Positions 40,389 through 50,019 are shown, counted from the whole stretch's first letter. The stretch: DNA of 62,657 bases, filler included, from Actinomycetota bacterium (GCA_046725875.1; 5 parts of 5 records of this genome joined end to end with filler, not necessarily neighbours in it); one strand, 5' to 3'. Numbers and translations: made by a program. Notes: a model not told the origin generated them from the letters alone.

Positions 40389-40465
40389 CGGGGCATGGCG
40401 CAGTTTGGTAGCGCGTCCGCTTTGGGAGCGGAAGGTCCTCGGTTCAAATCCGGGTGCCCCGACCA
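40389..40465 (+). tRNA. tRNA-Pro (TGG)
   Basis: CGGGGCATGGCGCAGTTTGGTAGCGCGTCCGCTTTGGGAGCGGAAGGTCCTCGGTTCAAATCCGGGTGCCCCGACCA. Confidence 0.97.
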
Positions 40466-40649
40466 CGCCCGCCTCAAGCCGGAACGATCGCGTACGCCCG
40501 TACCGGAAAGGCGCTGAACCCACGCACCCGCGGCGGCGCGGCATATAGTCGCGCTCCGCTCACCGGAAGTTGGTCAAGACCGGTGAGGTGTTCGAGGACC
40601 GGGATACCGGCGGCGAGCAGGACGGTGTGCGCCGGCCGGTGCCCGTTCG

Positions 40650-40749
40650 NNNNNNNNNNNNNNNNNNNNNNNNNNNNNNNNNNNNNNNNNNNNTTAATTA
40701 ATTAANNNNNNNNNNNNNNNNNNNNNNNNNNNNNNNNNNNNNNNNNNNN
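40650..40749. other. Artificial contig linker
   Basis: N-run with central TTAATTAATTAA. Confidence 0.98.
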
Positions 40750-40926
40750 GGAAGCACGACGACGAGCCACATTCGACTGTCTCCTCATCTGCGGCGGGTG
40801 AACTCGCGCTACCCGGATGTGCGGCATCCATGCCAGGCAGCCATGAACAGCGCCGTTACGAGCGAAGGCACCGGTGGTCGGGTCAGGCCGTTGCTGTGTT
40901 AGGCCCATTTCCACCTGCAATAGCCC

Positions 40927-42057
40927 TTACAACCACCGTTTCGTGCTTGGCTTTCCTGCAACGGTGCGCAGCTCGCTGAAGAGCCGGATCGCAGTCTCCT
41001 GCCACGTGGGGAATGCCGCAGCTCGTCGCCGAGCAGCGGCACCGAGGCGACGGCGCAACCGCTCGTCGGCTGCAAGCGCTCGGAGCGCGGCAGTAAGCGC
41101 CTCCTGGTCACCCGGAGCGATGACTCGGCCCTCGATGCCGTCGCGGGCCAAGAATGGCAGGTTTCCCGCGTCCCACCCCACCACTGGAAGCCCGGCCGCC
41201 ATCGCCTCGCCGTACACGGTCCCGTACGGCTCTCGGATGCTCGTAAGCGCGAACACGTCTGCCGCCCGATAGAAGCCTGCAACCTCGTTGATGGATCGCA
41301 GCCCATGCACGACCACGCGGTCCCTGAGGTCGGCGGCGGCAATCCGGTCCCGGACGCGCCGGGCATAGCCGGGCTCGACCTCGGTATCGCCCACAAGGTG
41401 CAGGGTCACCAAGTCCGTCGGCAACGCGGCAACCGCCTCGAGCAAATCGAGCAATCCTTTCCGCTCTACCCAGTTCCCCACCGCTAGGACGGCCGCCTTG
41501 CGGTCGGCTCGAAGATCCCCGGGCGGCAAAATGACGTCCGCGGCGACATCCCGACCGGGCGGGACGACGCGGAGCAGCTTCCTCGGGGCTCCGGCCGCCA
41601 CCATCTGGTCCGCGAGGGCGGCGCTGGCCACGATCAGCAGGGCGACCTGGCGGTACGCGCGGCGATCCAATGCTGCCTGCAGCCGAGTACGGGCTGAACC
41701 GTGGTCGATGCCGCCCGGGGGCTGGTGCAACATCCCCACAACGGGGACCGGCGGCCGATGCAGCAGAAGCCAGGGTGCGGCGAAGGCCGCCGCAATGCTG
41801 TCAAGCAGGAGAATGTCGGGCCGTCGGCGGGCCACCACCCGCAACACCGCCGGGCCGGCCAGCGCGGGCAGCGGAAAAGGCCAGGCCGGAAAGGAGACGA
41901 ACTCCAGCCGCGCGTTACAGAACGGAGCCAACGCGGCAATTCGCTGATGGTAGAGGTAGCCGCCGGTCGCGGTCCTGGGATCGCCCACTGTCAGGAGGGA
42001 AACACTGAGCTCGTACGAGTCGTCCATATCCCCCATGCCGTTCGGTCCTGGTGCCAT
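40927..42057 (-). CDS. Glycosyltransferase family 4 (GT-B)
   Basis: TGGYLYHQRI, VGNWVERKG, EPYGTVYGEAMAAGLPVV; exact start uncertain. Confidence 0.88.
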   Translation of the reverse strand: MAPGPNGMGDMDDSYELSVSLLTVGDPRTATGGYLYHQRIAALAPFCNARLEFVSFPAWPFPLPALAGPAVLRVVARRRPDILLLDSIAAAFAAPWLLLHRPPVPVVGMLHQPPGGIDHGSARTRLQAALDRRAYRQVALLIVASAALADQMVAAGAPRKLLRVVPPGRDVAADVILPPGDLRADRKAAVLAVGNWVERKGLLDLLEAVAALPTDLVTLHLVGDTEVEPGYARRVRDRIAAADLRDRVVVHGLRSINEVAGFYRAADVFALTSIREPYGTVYGEAMAAGLPVVGWDAGNLPFLARDGIEGRVIAPGDQEALTAALRALAADERLRRRLGAAARRRAAAFPTWQETAIRLFSELRTVAGKPSTKRWL

Positions 42058-42349
42058 GCGGGCAGCTTGGGTAAGCCGACCCAGCTCTATTGCCGCCCGC
42101 CGTTGGTGTTAGCAGATTGGTGTGCCGCCGAACGGGAGGTTAATCGGCGTGCCGGCGGCCTACCTTCACCGGACCACCCCTCATCGGGATGCTCGCAGAC
42201 CTCAGTAGTCTCCCCGCGGCACTCGCCCTGGTGCTGGTGATGTCAAGCGAAGGCCATGCGCGTTATGGAGCGGAGCCAGCCCGCCAACCGCAGACGGTAG
42301 AGGTGGCTCCCGGTCGCGGTCGGTGGATCGCGCACCGTCAGGAGGGAAC

Positions 42350-43462
42350 ATGAAGCTCGTGCGGGTCGTCCATGTCGCCCCGACCCCGTTCGGGCCTGGC
42401 GGGCTGCTCGGAGGTGGCGAACGGTACCCCCTCGAGCTTTCCCGCGCCCTGACCAGGCACGTGGACTGCACGTTGCTCACGTTCGGGCCCTCACCGCAGA
42501 CCTGGCGGGAGCCCAGCGGGCTGCGGGTTCGCGTGCTGCGCGCGTTCGGCCATCTTAGGCGTCATCCGGCACACCCCGTGGCGCCACAGCTTCCGGCGTC
42601 CTTGCGAGACGCAGATCTCGTACACACCCATCACCTGCGGAGTGCACCAAGTCGGATGGCGGTGCTAGCGGCTGCCCTTGCCGGGCAACGCCGCGTTACT
42701 ACTGATCATGGGCTCGGGGGCGGCTGGGGACCCGTCGCCTCGCTGTTCGAGCGCTTTCTCGCCGTGTCGAGGTACTCCGCCGACGTTGTCGGTGCGCCGG
42801 CCGCCCGTACTCGCCTCATCTACGGCGGAGCGGATCCGGCCCGTTTCGCGCCCGACCCGGATGGCCGGCGCGAGGGTGTCCTCTACCTCGGTCGGATCAC
42901 GCCTCACAAAGGGATCGATCGGCTGCTGCGAGCCATGCCTGTGGGCAGCGCACGGCTCACAGTCGCCGGGTCCACCGGACACGACCGTCATCGCCCAGAG
43001 CGGGACTACCCACAGCTCCTGCGACGGCTGGCCGCCGACCGCGACGTACGGTTTCTCGGTGCGGTCGCCGAGACGGAGGTGCCAACGCTGTACCGCCGCG
43101 CAGCGGTGTTCGTGCTGCCGAGCGTCGAGCGAACCTGCTACGGCAGGCCCGTGCCGGTTACCGAGCTGTTGGGGCTGTCCGTCTTGGAGGCCATGGCCAG
43201 CGGCACTCCAGTGGTAGCCAGCCGGACCGGTGGGCTCCCTGAGGTCGTCAGAGACGGCGAGACGGGCTTCCTCGTCACGCCAGGCGACGAAGCCGAGCTG
43301 CGACACCGCCTGCGCGAGCTGCTCGACGACAAGGCGGCGGCCCAGCGAATGGGACGGGCGGCTCGTGCCCTCGTCATGGAGCAGTTCACCTGGACGCGAA
43401 CAGCCGAGCGTTGCCTCGCGGCCTACGAGGAGCTCGCCCGGTCACGCAGCGCGGCTGCGTAG
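42350..43462 (+). CDS. Glycosyltransferase family 4 (GT-B)
   Basis: GGGERY, GRITPHKG, ELLGLSVLEAMASGTPVVAS..GGLPEVV; AGGAGG RBS. Confidence 0.9.
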   Translation: MKLVRVVHVAPTPFGPGGLLGGGERYPLELSRALTRHVDCTLLTFGPSPQTWREPSGLRVRVLRAFGHLRRHPAHPVAPQLPASLRDADLVHTHHLRSAPSRMAVLAAALAGQRRVTTDHGLGGGWGPVASLFERFLAVSRYSADVVGAPAARTRLIYGGADPARFAPDPDGRREGVLYLGRITPHKGIDRLLRAMPVGSARLTVAGSTGHDRHRPERDYPQLLRRLAADRDVRFLGAVAETEVPTLYRRAAVFVLPSVERTCYGRPVPVTELLGLSVLEAMASGTPVVASRTGGLPEVVRDGETGFLVTPGDEAELRHRLRELLDDKAAAQRMGRAARALVMEQFTWTRTAERCLAAYEELARSRSAAA

Positions 43463-43836
43463 CCGCCGAACGCAACCGCGGACTCCCAAACCCGTACGGC
43501 AAGCGTGAGGCCCGGAAGCGGTTGCAGCCGTCGCGCGAGCTGGTCGTGCAGCCACCGGGCGAACACCTCGACGGTCACAGCCTCCGCGCCGATCTCGGGT
43601 GCGACGACCTGGTCGAGGTCGGCGTCGTCGACGGTCTCCGCGATCTCCCGCAGGGCGCGGTCGAGCAGGTCGAGGTCGACGACCATGCCGCGCTCATCGA
43701 GGCTCTCCCGCCGGGCCACGACATCGAGTCGGTAGACGTGCGCATGTCGCTCGCCTTCGGGCGGCGGCATGCCGGGCATGACGTGAAAGGCCCGCACGTT
43801 GACGGCCGTGCCAGTCTCATACATGTGGTCGCTCAC
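43423..43836 (-). CDS. 6-pyruvoyl-tetrahydropterin synthase/QueD-family (COG0720) protein lacking the catalytic Cys
   Basis: RAFH, PEGERHAHVYRLDV (HxH metal ligands, no CxxxHGH), GMVVDL, TVEVFARWL, VRVWES. Confidence 0.8.
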   Translation of the reverse strand: MSDHMYETGTAVNVRAFHVMPGMPPPEGERHAHVYRLDVVARRESLDERGMVVDLDLLDRALREIAETVDDADLDQVVAPEIGAEAVTVEVFARWLHDQLARRLQPLPGLTLAVRVWESAVAFGGYAAALRDRASSS

Positions 43837-44831
43837 CCATAGCTAAGCGCGGCGTGCAGCAACCCAGGCTCGCCGCGGTCGATAGCAGCGTAAGCAGCGG
43901 CGGCGTCTGTGAACCGGAACTCGCTCGTGGCCAGCGCAGGCAACGGCAGATCCGTGAGGAGTTGACGTACGGCCACCCGTCGACGACCGACGTCCCAGCG
44001 GTTGGCGAGTGCCGCCGGAATCGAGGAAACCTGGCTGCTGCGAATCGTGAGGCGCCGGCGGTGGAACTCGGCTCCGAGGGGTAGGGAGACACGCTTCGTG
44101 CCGTACCACGAGCCGACGAGGACCGTGCCCTCATGTGCGAGCAAGGCCAGCCCAGCCTCCAACGCCTCGGGTGCGCCGGACAGCTCCACCAACACCGGTG
44201 TGCCGTGCCCGCCGGTCGCCTCCGCGACCGTCTTGGCAAGCCGCTCGGGTGGGATCGCTGTGATGCCGAGCCCTTCTGCGATCTCCCGCCGCCACGCTCG
44301 GGGCTCCGCGGCCATTACGGACGCGCCCGCGCGGCGCAGCAGCAAGGCGGTGAGCAAGCCGACGGCGCCCAGACCGGTCACGACGACCGTCTCGCTGAGC
44401 GCGGGACCGGCGTCAAGGCTCAGCTGTAGCGCCGTTTCCACGAGCGGGAACAGCGTGGCCAGGCGCGGGTCGCTGCTCGAGTCGAGCAACACGGCGGCTT
44501 GGTCCGCCACGTTGAACCGGTCCTGATGCGGGTGGAAGGCGAACACTAGCGAACCGGCGGGTATCGTCGCTGTTCCCTGCTCGACCCAGCCAACGCAGCT
44601 GTAGCCGTACCGGAAGGGGTACTCGAACGTTCCGGACAGCCCCGACAGGGCCTCGTCCAGCCTTGTGTCGGCCTCCAGCTCACCGCGGTAAGCGAGCATT
44701 TCGGTGCCGGCGCTAACACCTGAGTAGACGCTCTGGACGACCAGGTCAGCGGCTGACCTGCGCGGAGGGAGCTCCACGGAGACGATGTCGACCTGGCCGG
44801 GGGCGGTGAACTGCAGGGCACGCGCTCGCAC
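43833..44831 (-). CDS. Zinc-binding ADH-fold (MDR) dehydrogenase
   Basis: SGVSAGTEM, YPFRYGYSCVG, FAFHPHQ, VETAL, GLGAVG, GSWYG, FHRRRLTIRSSQV; overlaps PTPS start (ATGA). Confidence 0.85.
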   Translation of the reverse strand: MRARALQFTAPGQVDIVSVELPPRRSAADLVVQSVYSGVSAGTEMLAYRGELEADTRLDEALSGLSGTFEYPFRYGYSCVGWVEQGTATIPAGSLVFAFHPHQDRFNVADQAAVLLDSSSDPRLATLFPLVETALQLSLDAGPALSETVVVTGLGAVGLLTALLLRRAGASVMAAEPRAWRREIAEGLGITAIPPERLAKTVAEATGGHGTPVLVELSGAPEALEAGLALLAHEGTVLVGSWYGTKRVSLPLGAEFHRRRLTIRSSQVSSIPAALANRWDVGRRRVAVRQLLTDLPLPALATSEFRFTDAAAAYAAIDRGEPGLLHAALSYG

Positions 44832-44885
44832 GTCACTCCCTAACCCGGCGTTTCCGCGGCGACCCACGGGTGGTATCCCAGGGCC

Positions 44886-46244
44886 ATGGCGCATCCATCG
44901 GCTGGCCACGGCAAGCCTACGCCCGCTCCCCTCGAGGTCGGCTCGGTCGTGATCCCGACGTCGTACGGCGAGTTCCGCACCCGTGCATTCCAAACCGCCA
45001 ACGGTTCGGTGTATCTGGCCCTGACCAAAGGCGATCTCGAAGGGGGCGAGTCGGTGCTCACTCGGCTGCATTCAGAGTGCCTGACCGGCGACGCACTCGG
45101 CTCGCTGCGCTGTGACTGCGGCGTGCAGCTGCGCGCCGCCATGCGGGCCGTGTCCGCTGAGGACCGGGGAGTGGTGCTCTATTTGACCGGTCACGAAGGG
45201 CGCGGCATCGGACTGGTCAACAAGATCCGCGCGTACATGGAGCAGGATCTTGGCGCCGACACGCTTGAAGCGAACCTGCGCCTGGGCTTCCCCGCGGACG
45301 GCAGGGACTACACGGAAGCCGCCGCGGTGCTTACGGCACTGGGAGTGCGATCGGTCCGGTTGCTCTCGAACAACCCCGCCAAGCGGGACGCGCTTCGTGG
45401 ACTCGGGGTTCGAGTCTCGTCGGTTGAGCCGCTGAGCACCGTGGCGAACGGCCGCAATCTCCGCTACCTGATGACCAAGGCCGAAAAATTTGGGCATATA
45501 GACCCGGCCGGCGTGCCACTCGCCGCCGCCGTACCACCGGCACTGGATGTGAGAGTCCTACTCGGTGAGGTACGCCCCCGGGCGGACCGGCCGTACGTCC
45601 TCGTGAAGTACGCACAGACGCTCGACGGTCGCATCGCCACCCGAACCGGTGACTCCAAGTGGATCAGCGGTGAGGCCGAGCGGCGGATCTCCCATGGTCT
45701 GCGAGCCGCCTGCGATGCGGTGCTGGTGGGTTCGGGCACCGTGCTGCGGGACGACCCGGAGTTGACCGTGCGGCTGGTCCAGGGGGCCAACCCTATTCGG
45801 GTCGTACTGGACTCGAAGCTGCGTACCCCTCCGACCGCTAAGGTCGCGGGTGACACCGCGACCACGGTGGTCTTTACTACCCAGGCCGCCGACCCCGCCA
45901 GGAAAGCGCAGCTGCGGGCGACGAGAGTGACCGTCCACGAGGTCACGGGTGGCCGGGAGGGAGTGGACCTCGCGGCCGCCCTCGCCCACCTGAGGCGGTC
46001 GGGTGTCGAGTCGCTCATGGTGGAGGGCGGCAGCCGTGTCATCACCTCGGTGCTCGCAGCCGGGCAGGCGGATCGCCTGGTCGTCTCAATCTCCCCCACG
46101 ATCGTGGGGACCGGTGTCGACGCCGTTGGCGATCTGGGTATTGACCTCGTCACCGAAGGTGTAGGGCTAACCAACCGCGCGTTTTATCTCGCTGATGAAG
46201 ATGTGCTCCTGGGTTGGGACGTGGAGTCGCGAACAGGTCGGTAG
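44886..46244 (+). CDS. ribA: GTP cyclohydrolase II fused to a RibD C-terminal (pyrimidine reductase) domain
   Basis: RLHSECLTGDALGSLRCDC, EGRGIGLVNKIRAY, LLSNNPAK, then KYAQTLDGRIA..SKWISG..DAVLVGSGTV..DDPELTVR..VEGG. Confidence 0.9.
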   Translation: MAHPSAGHGKPTPAPLEVGSVVIPTSYGEFRTRAFQTANGSVYLALTKGDLEGGESVLTRLHSECLTGDALGSLRCDCGVQLRAAMRAVSAEDRGVVLYLTGHEGRGIGLVNKIRAYMEQDLGADTLEANLRLGFPADGRDYTEAAAVLTALGVRSVRLLSNNPAKRDALRGLGVRVSSVEPLSTVANGRNLRYLMTKAEKFGHIDPAGVPLAAAVPPALDVRVLLGEVRPRADRPYVLVKYAQTLDGRIATRTGDSKWISGEAERRISHGLRAACDAVLVGSGTVLRDDPELTVRLVQGANPIRVVLDSKLRTPPTAKVAGDTATTVVFTTQAADPARKAQLRATRVTVHEVTGGREGVDLAAALAHLRRSGVESLMVEGGSRVITSVLAAGQADRLVVSISPTIVGTGVDAVGDLGIDLVTEGVGLTNRAFYLADEDVLLGWDVESRTGR

Positions 46245-47226
46245 GTGGGCGACCAAGGTCGGCCGGCGCGTTCTGGCCGCCGTGGTGGGCCGGCTGCCTC
46301 CGGCCGCGCTCGACTGGCTTCGCCACTCGAGCAGGTCGGCCCGGTCGCTCAACGAGTCAGCCCGCTGGACACTCTCCGCAACGCTGCGCCGCGGTGGTAT
46401 CCCGGCCCGAACTCAAACGTTCTCGTTGGCCGACAATCCGACGTTGTCCTTCGTCAACGCCGACTCGCTGGTCCTGCGGCAGCTCTACTGGCTCGGGGAG
46501 CAGGGCTGGGAGCCCGAGCTCGTCCCATGGTGGCGTTACTTCTGTCGCCGGGCGTCCGCGGTCCTCGAAATCGGTGCGAACGTCGGCTACTACGCGGTGC
46601 AGGGCGGCAAGGTGGCCCCGCATGCCCGCTACATCGCGGTGGAACCGCATCCAGCATCGGTCGCTATCTGCCGGGCCAACCTCGCGCTCAACCAGATCCA
46701 GTCTGTCGAGGTCATCCCGGCCGCCGCGGTCGCCGACTCGGCCCAGACCTCGGTCACGCTCGTCGTCCCCTGGGAGCAGCTCGCGACACCGACCGTCGCC
46801 TTTGTACCGAGCGACTCCGAGCTTCCCGCGGCGATGGCTCGTCGGGCCACGACCGCGCTCGAGGTGCCAGCCGTCGACGTGCGGTCGCTGCTCCCGGGGG
46901 TGGAACTGCTCAAGATCGACGCGGAGGGGCAGGAACACGCGCTTCTCGCGGCCAGCAAGGAGCATCTGTACGCATGCCGACCGACGATCTTCGTCGAGAT
47001 GCTGCCCGAGTCCCCAAGGCTGCGCAGCCTTCTCGTTCGGCTCTGCCGGGATCTCGGCTACCGCTGCTACGCACCGTTCCGCGACCGTCTCCTGCCGCTT
47101 CCAGTGGGCCGGATCCCGACCCTTCTGCCGCAGAAGGAGTTCGGAGGCAATGATCTCATTTTGTGTGCCGACCGGGACGCCTCAATGTTCAGGCCTGCAT
47201 CAGCCGACCTCGTTGCCTTGGCCTGA
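46195..47226 (+). CDS. FkbM family methyltransferase
   Basis: LEIGANVGYY, AVEPHP, LKIDAEGQE, PTIFVE; start uncertain. Confidence 0.85.
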   Translation: MKMCSWVGTWSREQVGRWATKVGRRVLAAVVGRLPPAALDWLRHSSRSARSLNESARWTLSATLRRGGIPARTQTFSLADNPTLSFVNADSLVLRQLYWLGEQGWEPELVPWWRYFCRRASAVLEIGANVGYYAVQGGKVAPHARYIAVEPHPASVAICRANLALNQIQSVEVIPAAAVADSAQTSVTLVVPWEQLATPTVAFVPSDSELPAAMARRATTALEVPAVDVRSLLPGVELLKIDAEGQEHALLAASKEHLYACRPTIFVEMLPESPRLRSLLVRLCRDLGYRCYAPFRDRLLPLPVGRIPTLLPQKEFGGNDLILCADRDASMFRPASADLVALA

Positions 47227-47279
47227 TCAGGCTGTGCCCGACCTGATCGGGCGGTGCCAACGCAAGCCGCGGCTTAGGC

Positions 47280-47562
47280 TCAGGCCGGCGGCTGGCCGAT
47301 GTCGACCATCCAGGGGATGCCGAACCGATCGACGCACATGCCGAACTCGTCGCCCCACATCTGCTTCTCCAGGGGCACCGAGATGGCGCCGCCGTCGGAC
47401 AGCATCGCCCAATATCCGCGCAGCTCGTCTGCATCATCGCCGCTCAGGCTCACCGCGATGGTGTTCCCAGGGTCGTACTCTGTGCCGGGCGGAGTATCGG
47501 CGGCCATCAGCGTGAAGCCGCGGTCGGTCTCGAGCCTGGCATGCATGATCTTGTCCGCAACC
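47280..47562 (-). CDS. PhnB-like VOC family protein (5' truncated by contig end)
   Basis: KIMHARLET..LMAAD..PLEKQMWGDEFGMCVDRFGIPWMV. Confidence 0.85.
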
Positions 47563-47662
47563 NNNNNNNNNNNNNNNNNNNNNNNNNNNNNNNNNNNNNN
47601 NNNNNNTTAATTAATTAANNNNNNNNNNNNNNNNNNNNNNNNNNNNNNNNNNNNNNNNNNNN
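47563..47662. other. Artificial contig linker
   Basis: N-run with central TTAATTAATTAA. Confidence 0.98.
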
Positions 47663-48244
47663 GGCGAAGTCCTTCGATGTCTTGTCGAGCGCGCTAACCT
47701 CACCCTGGTCATCGGGCGAGCCGTCGAGCGCGAGAAACGCATCCAACTGCTTGTCGTTCAGGCACTCCACCGGATCGCTGTCGCCGACACCACGTGGATC
47801 CCAGCCGATGACATCGAAGCTGTCCCGTACATCGTCACTGAGCACCGCCCGCGCCTGCCGCGCGTACTCGACCCCAGACGCGCCGGGTCCGCCCGGGTTG
47901 ATGAGCAGCGACCCGACTCGGTTCGACTCGTCGCCCGCGGGAAGCCGGATCACGGCGAGGTCGATCGTGTCACCCGACGGATCTTCGTAGTCGAGCGGGA
48001 CCTGCACCGTCGCGCACTCGTAGTCGCCCCCGCAGCCCGACCACCGCGGCTTCTGGTTATAGAACCGCGCAAGCTCGGCCGGCACCCCGTCAGCCCGGTT
48101 CGCCGTCGGTTTCGCCGACGCGGTCCGCCCCTGGGACCCGTCGCCGTCGTCGCCAGCACCGCTGCACGCGACGAGGGCGAGTACGGCGAGAGCGGTGTAC
48201 GCAGCCGCGCCGCGCAAGCGGTGGCTCCCCAGGCGACCGAACAT
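47663..48244 (-). CDS. TAP-like alpha/beta-hydrolase lipoprotein peptidase (3' truncated)
   Basis: Lipobox LALVAC, CATVQVPLDY, LLINPGGPGASG, WDPRGVG. Confidence 0.85.
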
Positions 48245-48375
48245 GGGCCCCAATCTACGTCCCGGTTGAGCTGACCGCGGGAGAGTGCCCGGGGGGCCGA
48301 ACCGAACGACCGCGCTTCCAACGGGGCAGGGCACTGGCCGAGCTAGCGGCTGGGTCCGAGATCAGCGCCACGCGG

Positions 48376-49578
48376 TCAGGCCTTCACCGACATGGGAACG
48401 GAGAGAGACTCTCGTGGGGTCATCAGCGCGAGGGTGAGCATCATTGCCTCGGCCGCGAGGACCGGGTGTGCGTTCGCGTCCAGGGCCTCCCGACAGTCGA
48501 GTACGGCTTCGATTCGCCGCAGTGTTTCATCGGGAGTCGATGTCGCGGCGACAGTTTCGATGTCGGCACGGGCCGACTCGTTGACCAGATCGACCCCCGC
48601 ATCCATCTGTACAGCAAGGACATCACGGTAGAAGGAGGCAAGATCCACCAATGCACGGTCGAGCGCATCGCGCTGTATGCGCTTGGCCCGGCGCTTCTGC
48701 CGATCCTCGAGCTCTTTCAGTGCCGTCGCGCTCCCGGATGGCATCCGGCCGGCCGGCCCGGCGCCAAGCGCGGCGCGGAGTCGCTCCGTCTCCGTTACGT
48801 CGAGCGCGGCGGCAGCATCCTTCGCCTCCGCGGCGGCGGTGTCTACGAGGTTCGCGGCGGCTGCGATACAGCTGCCGAGGTCATGCAGGGACGCCGGTAT
48901 TCGCAGAACCTCGGCTCGGCGCCTTTGCGCGGGCTCGTCGAGGGCGAGGCGACGCGCTCGGCCAATGTGCCCCTGCGCTGCCTTCGCGACCTCAGCCGCG
49001 ACGGCCGGGTCCACCCCGTCCCGCCGGACCAGCACCTCGGCCACCGCGGCTGGGGAGGGTGTCACCAGCCGGACCTCCCGGCAACGCGAGCGCACGGTGG
49101 GCAGGACATCTTCACTTGACGGCGCGCAGAGCAGCCAGACCGTCCGCGCGGACGGCTCCTCCACCGCCTTGAGCAGTACGTTCGCCGCCTGCTCGGTCAG
49201 CCGATCGGCATCCTCGAGGATGATCACTTGCCAGCGCCGGCCGGCCGGTGTGAGCGAAGCGCGGCGCACCAGCTCGCGCGTCTGCACGACGCCGATCGAG
49301 AGGGTCTCAGTGCTGACCGCCTGGACGTCGGCATGCGTCCCCGCCAGCACTGTCCGGCAGGCGTCGCACTCCCCACAGCCCTGCCGCTCGCATTGGAGCG
49401 CGGCGGCGAACGCCCGCGCGGCGTTCGACCGTCCGGATCCTGGTGGCCCGGTCAGCAGCCACGCATGGGTCATCCCTATCCCGGACCGTCCCGCGACGAC
49501 ATTGGCCGCCGCCGCAGCCGCCGATGACAGGACCGCAACGACAGCGTCCTGCCCGGCAAGGTCATCCCACACAATCAT
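48376..49578 (-). CDS. holB: DNA polymerase III subunit delta'
   Basis: HAWLLTGPPGSGRS, Zn motif C..GCGECDAC, HADV, DADRL..ANVLLKAVEEP, TVRSRC; follows tmk. Confidence 0.95.
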   Translation of the reverse strand: MIVWDDLAGQDAVVAVLSSAAAAAANVVAGRSGIGMTHAWLLTGPPGSGRSNAARAFAAALQCERQGCGECDACRTVLAGTHADVQAVSTETLSIGVVQTRELVRRASLTPAGRRWQVIILEDADRLTEQAANVLLKAVEEPSARTVWLLCAPSSEDVLPTVRSRCREVRLVTPSPAAVAEVLVRRDGVDPAVAAEVAKAAQGHIGRARRLALDEPAQRRRAEVLRIPASLHDLGSCIAAAANLVDTAAAEAKDAAAALDVTETERLRAALGAGPAGRMPSGSATALKELEDRQKRRAKRIQRDALDRALVDLASFYRDVLAVQMDAGVDLVNESARADIETVAATSTPDETLRRIEAVLDCREALDANAHPVLAAEAMMLTLALMTPRESLSVPMSVKA

Positions 49579-49840
49579 CGGAACTCCGCGGAACCGCGGC
49601 CGCAGACGATCAGTCGCTGCTCCGGCCGGGAAAAGATCGATCGTGCGGGCTCAAGGTGGCCGACGAGGCTCCTCGAGGTCGCTCGGCGCTCACGTTGATC
49701 GATCAACTTCGCGTGCGCGATCGATCGTGGAGCTTCGAGATCAACGGATTCCGTGATTTCGTCGACCTGGTACCACCAGACCTGATCGCGAAGACTGAAA
49801 TGATCGATGCTGGTGAGTCCAGATCGTCGTCGGAGGCCGC

Positions 49841-49922
49841 TTGAGCTTCCTGGATTCACCAGGATCGATCCACGGCGACGGGTTGAGCTTCCTGGATTCA
49901 ACAGGATCGATCCACGGCGACG
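49841..49922. repeat. 42-bp tandem duplication, with an inverted partial copy at 49802-49821
   Basis: TTGAGCTTCCTGGATTCA(C/A)CAGGATCGATCCACGGCGACG twice; 49802-49821 is an 18/20 reverse complement of 49851-49870. Confidence 0.9.
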
Positions 49923-50019
49923 AGGTCCTGACAGCCGGGATCGCGCCAGCGGGCGATTCGACGCCTCCGACGCGGTCCTCGTCCCGCTCGGGGCATTTGC
50001 GACGACATGCATGCCGGGC

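Noticed and set aside
49841..49922. 42-bp repeat as a mini-CRISPR
   Set aside because: Only two adjacent copies and no spacer
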